From a virus, in the IMG/VR virus record IMGVR_UViG_3300043811_000021, positions 1 through 64,000 of that record: a stretch of DNA of 64,000 nt, one strand, 5' to 3'. The position numbers and the translations under genes were made by a program. The notes beneath the pieces are model-generated. The model was not told the origin of the DNA. It saw only the letters and a program-made list of their open reading frames with translations, and made no database searches. Positions 45,277-52,906 of the stretch are shown here, in pieces. Numbering within the stretch: position 1 is the first letter of the stretch; the number at the start of each line of letters is the position of its first letter.

Positions 45277-45627
45277 ATGGATACCCTCTACGACATCCTC
45301 GGAATCGTACCTGCCTCCAGTCATAATGAAGTGGTGGAGGCGTACCAATCTGGAGTTCGAGCATTATTGGACGGCGGGGATTTCAAGTCTTCGATGTGGT
45401 GGTGGCCGAACCTCGAAAAGATTGATGAGATGACGCAAGCTATGAAGACTCTAGTTCACGGTGATCGCAGGCACGACTACAACCGCAAGCTAATGGCCCA
45501 AGGAATCATCTGCTCTCTCTGTGAAGGAAGAGGATGGAATCGAATGGACGGTTGTCTTACAGAGCGTACATGTATAGCCTGTGATGGGTCTGGTAAATCT
45601 CTATTGAGATATGCAGAGAAGGGATAA
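45277..45627 (+). CDS. Degenerate DnaJ-like protein
   Basis: LYDILG....S..E...AY, RR..Y; two CxxCxGxG motifs; lacks HPD. Confidence 0.55.
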   Translation: MDTLYDILGIVPASSHNEVVEAYQSGVRALLDGGDFKSSMWWWPNLEKIDEMTQAMKTLVHGDRRHDYNRKLMAQGIICSLCEGRGWNRMDGCLTERTCIACDGSGKSLLRYAEKG

Positions 45628-45628
45628 A

Positions 45629-47086
45629 ATGGGAAAGATTGAAAAACTCACGCTTGAGCAACAAATAGCGCATGATCAATGGTTTGAAGAATGTATGCGC
45701 ATCGGTACATGTACTGATCCTGCTGATCGAATAAAAGCGGAATCAGCTATCACGAAGATGTACCAGTTTATCGGCAAACCTCAACCTATATTTGTATGGT
45801 GCGATTCTCCTGCGACATGCATATTAGCGCGGTTCGTATTGCAGGAATGGTTGAAGACTAATAAAGACAATTCTTCCTTGGAGAGTTCCTTGAGGAGTTC
45901 CTTGAGGGGTTCCTTGGGGAATTCCTTGAGGAGTTCCTTGTGGAGTTCCTTGGAGAGTTCCTTGAGGAGTTCCTTGGAGAATTCCTTGGGGAGTTCCTTG
46001 AGGAGTTCCTTGTGGAGTTCCTTGGAGAGTTCCTTGGGGAGTTCCTTGGAGAGTTCCTTGGGGAGTTCCTTGTGGAGTTCCTTGAGGAGTTCCTTGGGGA
46101 GTTCCTTGGAGAGTTCCTTGGGGAGTTCCTTGTGGAGTTCCTTGGGGAGTTCCTTGGGGAGTTCCTTGAGGAGTTCCTTGGGGAATTCCTTGTGGAGTTC
46201 CTTGAGGAGTTCCTTGTGGAGTTCCTTGGGGAGTTCCTTGGGGAGTTCCTTGGGGAGTTCCTTGAGGAGTTCCTTGGGGAGTTCCTTGGAGAGTTCCTTG
46301 AGGAGTTCCTTGTGGGGTCAGCAAGAACAGTATTGGATTGGGTTTTATCGATTTATGGAACTCCACCTAAAGATCGCATACGATCCAGAAAAATCGGCTC
46401 ACCTTGGATGGTGGCAGGATATTGCAGAATCGGCTAATTGGTGGTTTCCGTATGAGGGATTCTGTTTTGTCAGTGAACGACCAATCAGATGCGCAATTGA
46501 CGAACAAAGGAGATTACATCACGATTCATTAGCTGCAATGGAATTCAAAGACGGATGGAAGATTTACTCTTATCATGGAACTACTGTTTCTGCACAACTG
46601 ATTGAGTATCCAGAAACTATCACTATCGACCAGATAAAGAACGAGGGCAATGCCGAAGTGCGGCGCTGTATGATTGAGAGGATGGGGTGGCAGAAATTTG
46701 TAGATTTGTCAGAACTGAAGGTCATCCACTCAGATACTCTTAAATCAAATTTCCCGTCACTATCTCCGTCTGCACTGGTTGACAATTCAGACCCAGCGGC
46801 GTTTCATTACGAAAGTGGAGAAGAGAAGGCAGAATTGCTTGAATCTTCTTTTCTGAAAGACTTCGAGGATCGTCCAATCCGCTTTGTTCGACTCACTTGC
46901 CCTAGTACGGGAAAGATTTATATTCAGCGTGTTGCGCACGATGAGACTAGGGCATATGAGGCTGTTGGAAGGGCGTTCGGAATGTCTGAGAAGGAGTATA
47001 AAAGCGGACGCTATTACCGGCAAGGAGATGTTTTGCTATGGGCGCTCGATCAGAATGATGAGAGAATCGTCCAGCAGCACAGCTAA
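45629..47086 (+). CDS. DUF6745-like protein with SSLx repeats
   Basis: DR..AE.AI...Y..G...P...W.DSP, WW.P.E......ERP, LH....A..F.DGW..Y..HG, N.EVRR. Confidence 0.75.
   Translation: MGKIEKLTLEQQIAHDQWFEECMRIGTCTDPADRIKAESAITKMYQFIGKPQPIFVWCDSPATCILARFVLQEWLKTNKDNSSLESSLRSSLRGSLGNSLRSSLWSSLESSLRSSLENSLGSSLRSSLWSSLESSLGSSLESSLGSSLWSSLRSSLGSSLESSLGSSLWSSLGSSLGSSLRSSLGNSLWSSLRSSLWSSLGSSLGSSLGSSLRSSLGSSLESSLRSSLWGQQEQYWIGFYRFMELHLKIAYDPEKSAHLGWWQDIAESANWWFPYEGFCFVSERPIRCAIDEQRRLHHDSLAAMEFKDGWKIYSYHGTTVSAQLIEYPETITIDQIKNEGNAEVRRCMIERMGWQKFVDLSELKVIHSDTLKSNFPSLSPSALVDNSDPAAFHYESGEEKAELLESSFLKDFEDRPIRFVRLTCPSTGKIYIQRVAHDETRAYEAVGRAFGMSEKEYKSGRYYRQGDVLLWALDQNDERIVQQHS
45872..46315 (+). repeat. 37 x 12 bp in-frame tandem repeat AGT-TCC-TTG-NNG
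   Basis: Directly visible; fourth codon varies among GAG, AGG, TGG, GGG. Confidence 0.95.
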
Positions 47087-47148
47087 TTTTATCCTGCGCT
47101 GTCGCGACGGCGTATAACGTAAACCAGTAACCCAAAAAAGGAGTACAT

Positions 47149-47421
47149 ATGAACGTCGGAATTCCGAAGGATGCGGTAAGAATCAAGAATCGACCACTCG
47201 CTCTAGGAGAAGCAACAGGCCATCACCATTCACTTGTAGCTGAAGAAGAGGAGTGGATCGAAATGTACGAACTCAACGGAGAAACATTTGTGAAAGCCAA
47301 AAATACCGTTCCAGTACAACATCAGGAGCATAAACCCCACACCTGCCCTGCTGGTGTTGAGTTTGGCATCCGTATTGCAACTGAAGTTAATGACTGGGGA
47401 CGCGCTCCTGTGCGTGACTGA
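47149..47421 (+). CDS. His-rich partner protein of the DUF6745-like gene
   Basis: LALGEATGHHH, HQEH, terminal VRD; AAGGAG RBS. Confidence 0.7.
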   Translation: MNVGIPKDAVRIKNRPLALGEATGHHHSLVAEEEEWIEMYELNGETFVKAKNTVPVQHQEHKPHTCPAGVEFGIRIATEVNDWGRAPVRD

Positions 47422-47433
47422 TTCACTTTTATT

Positions 47434-47469
47434 GGGTCCGTGACCTATTGGTTGCGGACCTAGTTTTTC
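47434..47469 (+). terminator. Intrinsic terminator
   Basis: GGGTCCGTGACC-TATT-GGTTGCGGACCT then AGTTTTT. Confidence 0.65.
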
Positions 47470-48176
47470 TGGAGGAGATATGACAATCGAACAAGGGCTA
47501 AAGGAGTTCTTTGATAGCCTTCATATACGAGTTCCTGTTTCGCGAGAAGATCGCTTAGGAGTAGCTCTTATGTTCGGGTATGTAGACGTAAAGAATATGG
47601 TTTTCTTTAAGGAAACCTACGGTCTTCCTCTGGATATGATGCTCATGCAGATGCGCAAGAAATTCCCTAAAGTTAAGGTGGATTATAGTGGACTTGAGCA
47701 TGAACTGTTAATGATCGGAACTAATGAGGGTTCCGTCAAGTCACAACTAGAAGAGTTGCGCATCGCTGATCGGGAAATGGAAGACGCATGAATTCAAAGA
47801 AGGCATCTCTCTACTGCCGTCGCGGCCACAAGAAAGTAGGAAAGAACGTCATCTGGCGTAGGCGTATGAACCAGAAGACTAAGATAGTTCACGAAGTAAA
47901 AGAGTGCCGTAAGTGCAGGAACTTAGCTAATGCGGCTAGGAAAGAGGCTAGGAAAAGGAATGAAGAGATTATGAGAGGAACTAAGTAAATGCATGGTTGG
48001 GAAGAACTAGCAACTCCAGAGGAAAAAGTAATTCTTGATGGTCCGTGCAGCGGACCTGATGCGTCAGATTGGAGATGTTGGTACAACCCAGACACTGGGT
48101 ATATGGAATACTGTCCTGTCCATGAATCCGTGATAGCTGACATTTGTTTTCGTAAGAAGAATGGAGATATATAAAT

Positions 48177-48608
48177 ATGGCCGATCTTGGATATATAGAA
48201 GGGGAGATATGCAATCGCCACGGTTGCAATGGAATAATGGCGGAGCGCCCTATAGAAAACTGCTCTTGCCACATTTCTCCTCCATGTGGTTCATGCACAG
48301 AAGAGCGCGGGTACTGCACTAAATGCGGAGCCGATGTCCGAGACGAGCGAGAGCAATCAATCAATGATTACGTCTGCAATGTGGATTCAAGGTCGGGTAA
48401 GATATGGGAATATAAGCTTCGCGTTCTGGACAAGACAAAGATCGACTGGTATACGAAATCTCACACTCACTTTACTCAGATATGTGAAGGAGTTTACCCA
48501 GAAGGGACATCCTCCGAAGAAGTAAGAAAGTTGGTAGATGGTACATTTGGAGGAAGATTTGAATCTTTTGGAGGGGGAAAGTTCAAGTTTATAGCTTATA
48601 CCGACTAG
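48177..48608 (+). CDS. Cys-rich hypothetical protein
   Basis: CNR.GC, CSCHI.PPC..C, GTFGGRF, terminal AYTD. Confidence 0.65.
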   Translation: MADLGYIEGEICNRHGCNGIMAERPIENCSCHISPPCGSCTEERGYCTKCGADVRDEREQSINDYVCNVDSRSGKIWEYKLRVLDKTKIDWYTKSHTHFTQICEGVYPEGTSSEEVRKLVDGTFGGRFESFGGGKFKFIAYTD

Positions 48609-48942
48609 ATAAATTAGAAATCCAGCGGCGCGTTTACCGGGAAGGTTAGGACGCGCCGCTTTAGGAGAGAGGGCCGCTGGGAGACGGCCACTATAGGCGC
48701 ATAGGAAAGGGGTCTATGCGCTAGGAGTATTAAATCCTATCTCCTGTATCCTGTCAAGGTCTTCTGTTTACTTTCATATTCTTCCACTGGCATTACATCT
48801 TCCGGTCTAAACCACCCCCGATATTCCCTGTCTTTATACCACCATGTACACAAAAGATCATAGTCTTCGTCTGGGAATTCCTTGTATTTTGATGGGTCTA
48901 CATTTTTGTCTTCCATATCTTCTCCGCAATTGCATTGTACCA

Positions 48943-49584
48943 TCACGGCTTTATCCAGTCTGAAATCCTCTTACGAAGGATTTTCCACACAGTAATGGAC
49001 TTGAACTCTTTCAGTTCCTTTTCCTGATCCTCAACGATCTTTTGGAATAGCGTCACTTCCCCGGCGAGAGATTTTTCCTTCCCTTCAGAAATCTTCAAAT
49101 CTCTCTTAAGTGCTGCTATTTCCTTTAGTGCTTGGTCTCTCTGTTCGCGTAGGACAGTTTCTGCACTCTGCTTCCCTCCAAGAATTGCTCTCTTCTCATC
49201 TCCAGTAAGAGCGATATGCTTACTGCTCACCTTTTGCTTTGGCCTAATGCCAAACTGTCTTTTCTGTCCTGGAGTTAGAGGGTATTTACCGAGCAACGCA
49301 CCGTCCTGTAGACCGCACTGGTCCTCGTAGGCGCGTCTCTGATTGCACATATGACATGCAGAGCACAAGTTCTCAGGATCGTCTGTTCCTCCTTTAACGC
49401 GAGGAATAATATGCTCAATGGTTGCTTGGTCTGCATCGGGTTCATTGCATAGTCTGGTAGAACATCCGCACCAGTGACACACTTTTCCTTCTGCGATCCA
49501 CAGCGCCTCACGTTTTCGAGGTGTAGGCGTATCAGACCATACCTTTGTCGGCATAGGAACTAGATTGTTGGAGTTTGTACTCAT
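48943..49584 (-). CDS. HNH endonuclease with C-terminal coiled coil
   Basis: CHWC, TIEHIIPR.KGG.D...N...AC..CN. Confidence 0.85.
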   Translation of the reverse strand: MSTNSNNLVPMPTKVWSDTPTPRKREALWIAEGKVCHWCGCSTRLCNEPDADQATIEHIIPRVKGGTDDPENLCSACHMCNQRRAYEDQCGLQDGALLGKYPLTPGQKRQFGIRPKQKVSSKHIALTGDEKRAILGGKQSAETVLREQRDQALKEIAALKRDLKISEGKEKSLAGEVTLFQKIVEDQEKELKEFKSITVWKILRKRISDWIKP

Positions 49585-49626
49585 AGGGGAATTATATCAT
49601 GGAAGGCGCAGGATAATAGAAGAATA

Positions 49627-49701
49627 TGGAGCGAATGACCGGGCACGATCCGGTGACTTTTGGGTGGAAGCCAAATATGTTACCAACTACACCACATTCG
49701 C
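49627..49701 (-). tRNA. tRNA-Gly(TCC)
   Basis: Cloverleaf, CT-TCC-AC loop, U73, encoded CCA; atypical T-loop ATCGTGC. Confidence 0.85.
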
Positions 49702-49706
49702 TAAAC

Positions 49707-49781
49707 TGGTCCCGGTGATCCCTTACGAGGGGACGGCCTCCGTCTTATCAGGACGGCGTTCTTCATCTGAACTACACCGGG
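49707..49781 (-). tRNA. tRNA-Ile(GAT)
   Basis: CCGTC-CTGATAA-GACGG, CCA; T-loop CTCGTAA. Confidence 0.85.
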
Positions 49782-49787
49782 TTAAAA

Positions 49788-49861
49788 TGGAGCCTACGCG
49801 GAGAGTTTAACTCCGGTCTCTATCGTACCAGGATAGGGCACTGTCGCTATGCTACGTAGGC
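49788..49861 (-). tRNA. tRNA-Thr(GGT)
   Basis: CTATC-CTGGTAC-GATAG, GCCTACG/CGTAGGC, CCA. Confidence 0.85.
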
Positions 49862-49927
49862 ATTGAACATCCCAGAGTCACAGGTATTTCATCTGTGCGT
49901 TGTAACCTGCTTCCCCTACTTTCAATC

Positions 49928-50362
49928 TCACTCTGAAACAGAGAACGTTTTGTAATTAACCGCCATCCTCGCCTGTGAACGATAGTTCTTATTTTTTCTA
50001 TCCTCAATCCTAAGTGTTATAGCACTTTTCTTGGGCGGCATCTCTTCCCATGGTATGTAATAGCATTCCTTTGTTTCTGGACAATATACCGCTAATATAT
50101 CAAAATCACCATCAACATATTTCATTCTATGACTACCTTTGGAATTTGCCCAAGTTGATTCTATATCTATTTTCAAAGTACCGTCGCGCACCGAGCAATA
50201 TTTCACCTGAACAGTCCATAATTTATTTGAACGATATACTACAAGATCGAATGGAGCGTGTTCCGTTTGAGGTACACAGATTATGAAGCCTTGTTCGCAA
50301 AGATCAGCCTGAACTTTCAACACCGCTAGGTCACCCTTTTCTTTTGTGTGATGACTCTTCAT
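49928..50362 (-). CDS. Group I intron-associated-type PD-(D/E)XK endonuclease (I-Ssp6803I-like), free-standing
   Basis: TK.KGD.A...V...L...G..I..P..EH.PFDLV...VQVKY, D.D..AVYCP.T..CY.IP. Confidence 0.8.
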   Translation of the reverse strand: MKSHHTKEKGDLAVLKVQADLCEQGFIICVPQTEHAPFDLVVYRSNKLWTVQVKYCSVRDGTLKIDIESTWANSKGSHRMKYVDGDFDILAVYCPETKECYYIPWEEMPPKKSAITLRIEDRKNKNYRSQARMAVNYKTFSVSE

Positions 50363-50536
50363 TTATCTATTATAACACTAAAAGAAGCACTCCGAACTTG
50401 GTTGCTCAGGTTAACGCTTTTCCTGGCTGTTAGGCATTACGACCATTTGCAACTGGTAGCCTAAACACTCTCAACTCGCCTACCTGTATTTTCCTGTGGC
50501 CTACAGGTGTTTCGGTAGGTCTGTATCGAGCTAACT

Positions 50537-50614
50537 TGGTGCGCCGTGAGAGGCTCGAACTCCCGACCTAGTGCTTGTAAGGCACCCGCTCTGAACCAAC
50601 TGAGCTAACAGCGC
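50537..50614 (-). tRNA. tRNA-Val(TAC)
   Basis: Canonical cloverleaf, CCA. Confidence 0.92.
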
Positions 50615-50619
50615 AAAAA

Positions 50620-50695
50620 TGGACGGTCTATCGGAAGTTGAATCCGAATTTCTACCTTCGGAGGGTAGCGCCCTTATCCGTTGGACCATAGACCG
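50620..50695 (-). tRNA. tRNA-Arg(CCG)
   Basis: CTACC-CTCCGAA-GGTAG, CCA. Confidence 0.88.
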
Positions 50696-50701
50696 AAAAT
50701 A

Positions 50702-50780
50702 TGGTGCCGCTGGCCAGAATCGAACTGGCGTCAATCCGTCTACTCGAAGCCCGCTTAGGAGGCGGGTGAGGTACAGCGGC
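50702..50780 (-). tRNA. Non-canonical D-armless tRNA-like gene, anticodon CCT (Arg)
   Basis: Perfect acceptor, anticodon and T arms plus CCA; only 7 nt between acceptor and anticodon stems; 20 nt variable region. Confidence 0.7.
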
Positions 50781-50784
50781 AAGA

Positions 50785-50861
50785 TGGTGCTGACGGCTGG
50801 GATCGAACCAGCGGCATCTTGCTTAGAAGGCAAGCACTCTATCCGTCTGAGTTACGTCAGC
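50785..50861 (-). tRNA. tRNA-Arg(TCT)
   Basis: Canonical cloverleaf, CCA. Confidence 0.92.
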
Positions 50862-50865
50862 AATC

Positions 50866-50951
50866 TGGTGGAGCCGGTGGGACTTGAACCCACATTGGGT
50901 TTCCCCGCTCATTAAAAGTGAGGTCTCTGCATCCAATTCGAGTACGACTCC
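50866..50951 (-). tRNA. tRNA-Lys(TTT) with long variable arm
   Basis: CT-TTT-AA loop; variable hairpin GGG-GAAA-CCC; CCA. Confidence 0.8.
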
Positions 50952-50959
50952 ATTAAACT

Positions 50960-51036
50960 TGGTGAGCGCGGCTGGATTTGAACCAGCGTCAGCCTGCTTA
51001 AGAGGCAGGTATAATCAGCCGCTATACGACGCGCTC
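50960..51036 (-). tRNA. tRNA-Lys(CTT)
   Basis: CCTGC-CTCTTAA-GCAGG, CCA. Confidence 0.9.
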
Positions 51037-51037
51037 A

Positions 51038-51117
51038 TGGTAGACGTGACGGGTGTCGAACCCGCGTACTCCCGCTTATAAGGCAGGTGCTAAAACCAAT
51101 CCATCAGCTACACGTCT
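51038..51117 (-). tRNA. tRNA-Ile(TAT)
   Basis: CCTGC-CTTATAA-GCGGG, enlarged D-loop, CCA. Confidence 0.85.
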
Positions 51118-51126
51118 GTAAAACTA

Positions 51127-51202
51127 TGGTGCCAGTGGCTCAACTCGAATGAGCTACCTCCGACTTATGAGATCGGCGCATATCCACTTCTGCTTCACTG
51201 GC
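51127..51202 (-). tRNA. tRNA with CAT anticodon (elongator Met or Ile2)
   Basis: CCGAT-CTCATAA-GTCGG, G1:C72, CCA. Confidence 0.85.
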
Positions 51203-51207
51203 GAAAC

Positions 51208-51278
51208 TGGCAGGGGATAGGAGAATCGAACTCCTCACGGCGAGTTTTGGAGACTCGCCTAATCCCAGATCATCCCCT
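51208..51278 (-). tRNA. tRNA-Trp(CCA) with reduced D-arm
   Basis: CT-CCA-AA loop, G73, CCA; 71 nt. Confidence 0.82.
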
Positions 51279-51304
51279 GTATATCCTGCGAATTTTCAAT
51301 GATC

Positions 51305-51333
51305 AAAAAGAAGCCCTTCCACTGAGGAAGGGC
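51305..51333 (-). terminator. Attenuator terminator of tRNA block A
   Basis: GCCCTTCC-TCAGT-GGAAGGGC-TTCTTTTT. Confidence 0.85.
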
Positions 51334-51359
51334 CGGTGCTACAACACTTGCACAGACCC

Positions 51360-51431
51360 CTAAGACACGATCCCCCATCCCATCCGCTTGATGGTTATGG
51401 TTCTGACGTGTTTGCTAGTGGTCTGCATCAT
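51360..51431 (-). CDS. Leader peptide A (MMQTTSKHVRTITIKRMGWGIVS)
   Basis: AAAGGA RBS; codons match anticodons of the 12 downstream tRNAs; stop codon overlaps the antiterminator arm. Confidence 0.85.
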   Translation of the reverse strand: MMQTTSKHVRTITIKRMGWGIVS

Positions 51432-51526
51432 TTTTCCTTTGTCGAGGGGTTTCCCGCTCTAGCCCTATTATATCCCAGGCTGGGGTTTAGCTCTGCATAA
51501 TCCATCTACAGAGTACCGCAAGTCGA

Positions 51527-51856
51527 TTAGGAATGCAAGCCCAAAAATCGATAAGTCAACAATAAAGTTGTCAGATGGATCGCCTGATCGAACCCAATCA
51601 GCACAAAGAACCAGTGACGCTTCTCTTTCTTCCACAAATACGAAGTCCCCCTAGAGGTAATGTAATCGGTCGCGAAATGGAAGACAAACGTAATTATAGC
51701 GAACTTCCAGCCGAAAGCCAAGAATGGAAGAGAGTAAACAGAGACGTGAATTCCAAGCCATGTGTTTCTCGTTGACTTATTGAGAGCCATATTATCAGTT
51801 TGCAGAACAAAATCTGAGATGAAGTGAATCCAGATCAACGCTAAGATGTAGAGCAT
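51527..51856 (-). CDS. DUF3307 family membrane protein
   Basis: HF..DF.LQ...MA..K, H...Y, HF.TD, DQ..H. Confidence 0.85.
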   Translation of the reverse strand: MLYILALIWIHFISDFVLQTDNMALNKSTRNTWLGIHVSVYSLPFLAFGWKFAIITFVFHFATDYITSRGTSYLWKKEKRHWFFVLIGFDQAIHLTTLLLTYRFLGLHS

Positions 51857-52548
51857 GATTTCTCCTAGTGGTCACGAAATATACTGCAATCAGAATAATC
51901 CGTCCCCTCTATCTTGCCTTTCTCAAATTGATTTCTTCCGTACTTTCTACAAAAGTGAGCCAGCTCTATCCACTCTTTATCTTCAAGTGAAGTAGAAGGA
52001 AGAGAGATTTTGATATTTTTTAATAATTCCTTAAATTTTTCGTCTTCTTTTTCGAGAAGTTCTCTTTTATGCTGGCCAATCTGGTCGTACATGGTAACAT
52101 TTCCAATCCAATTCTGTGCCTCCTCTGCACTGAATCCAAAAGATTCAACACAAGTTCTTTCTGCCTCTCTTTTCCATTCGTACATAATAATCCTCAATCG
52201 TTTATCGTCTTCCGTTTTTCCAGTCTTTTAACCAATGAATCAACAACAGACTCTAGGCTGTGTCGATCTCCAAAGTGACCTACTCCATCTACTACATCAG
52301 AACATATCTCTATTACCTCTTGTAGTCGCAGGCTTTCCAAATCTTTTCCTAATCGATCCCCTTTCATTATTATCTCTAGTCTTTCAAGAACGGAAGTTAA
52401 AACTTCCTGTCCTTTTATTACGGCTGTTAGAAAGTCATCTGCGAACACCATGTTCTCAATAAGAATAGTTCCATCGGAAAACCATTCTGCATTGTTCTTA
52501 ATCTTTATTCTGTAGCATCTCATCGTTGTCTCCTATGCATATTATAGC

Positions 52549-52583
52549 AAAAAAATAGGGGAGAACAATATTCCGCTCTCCCC
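52549..52583 (-). terminator. Intrinsic terminator of the TROVE/VWA operon
   Basis: GGGGAGAGC...GTTCTCCCC followed by TATTTTTTT. Confidence 0.7.
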
Positions 52584-52603
52584 GCTCACAAAATGGTTAA
52601 AGG

Positions 52604-52906
52604 TTAAACCGCCAGTGCTTCCAAAGCAGCCAGTTCCTTTTCCAGTTCGCTCTTCTTCTGGGCAGGAGTCTTGAGAGAGTCAATCCGTGCTGTCAGTTCA
52701 CGCTTACGTGCAGCGATCTTGTCAGAGTTACGAGATGTGATCTCCCGGCGAATTGCTTTCAGTTGCGAATCAATGAACTCAGGCTCTTCGATCTGTAATG
52801 CCTCGTATTCGGCACGGAGAGACTTTCCGAAGGCCAGTCCAGCAACCAACTCGTCAATGTCAGTTACGCGGTCAGTGTTGAATGTCTTGAATGTTTGAAG
52901 ATTCAT
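52604..52906 (-). CDS. Small coiled-coil protein coupled to the TROVE/VWA gene
   Basis: ATGA overlap with upstream stop; helical heptad pattern. Confidence 0.75.
   Translation of the reverse strand: MNLQTFKTFNTDRVTDIDELVAGLAFGKSLRAEYEALQIEEPEFIDSQLKAIRREITSRNSDKIAARKRELTARIDSLKTPAQKKSELEKELAALEALAV

Noticed and set aside
45872-46315. Possible CRISPR array
   Set aside because: 12 bp period with no unique spacers, in frame within a CDS, and no cas genes.
45824-46437. ORFs with PQGT repeats (minus strand) and EFLG repeats (alternative plus frame)
   Set aside because: Shadows of the 12 bp repeat; the SSLx frame is continuous with conserved flanking domains.
48623-48722. Cluster of hairpins as an ncRNA
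   Set aside because: Lies between convergent units and is adequately explained as terminator structures.
50430-50470. tmRNA-like tag frame (GCA AAT GGT CGT AAT GCC TAA, minus strand)
   Set aside because: No tRNA-like domain, G3:U70 acceptor or CCA nearby; tag too short.
50531-51081. Short ORFs over tRNA genes (also 57884-58166, 58878-59452, 62500-63450)
   Set aside because: Spurious frames across tRNA cloverleaves.
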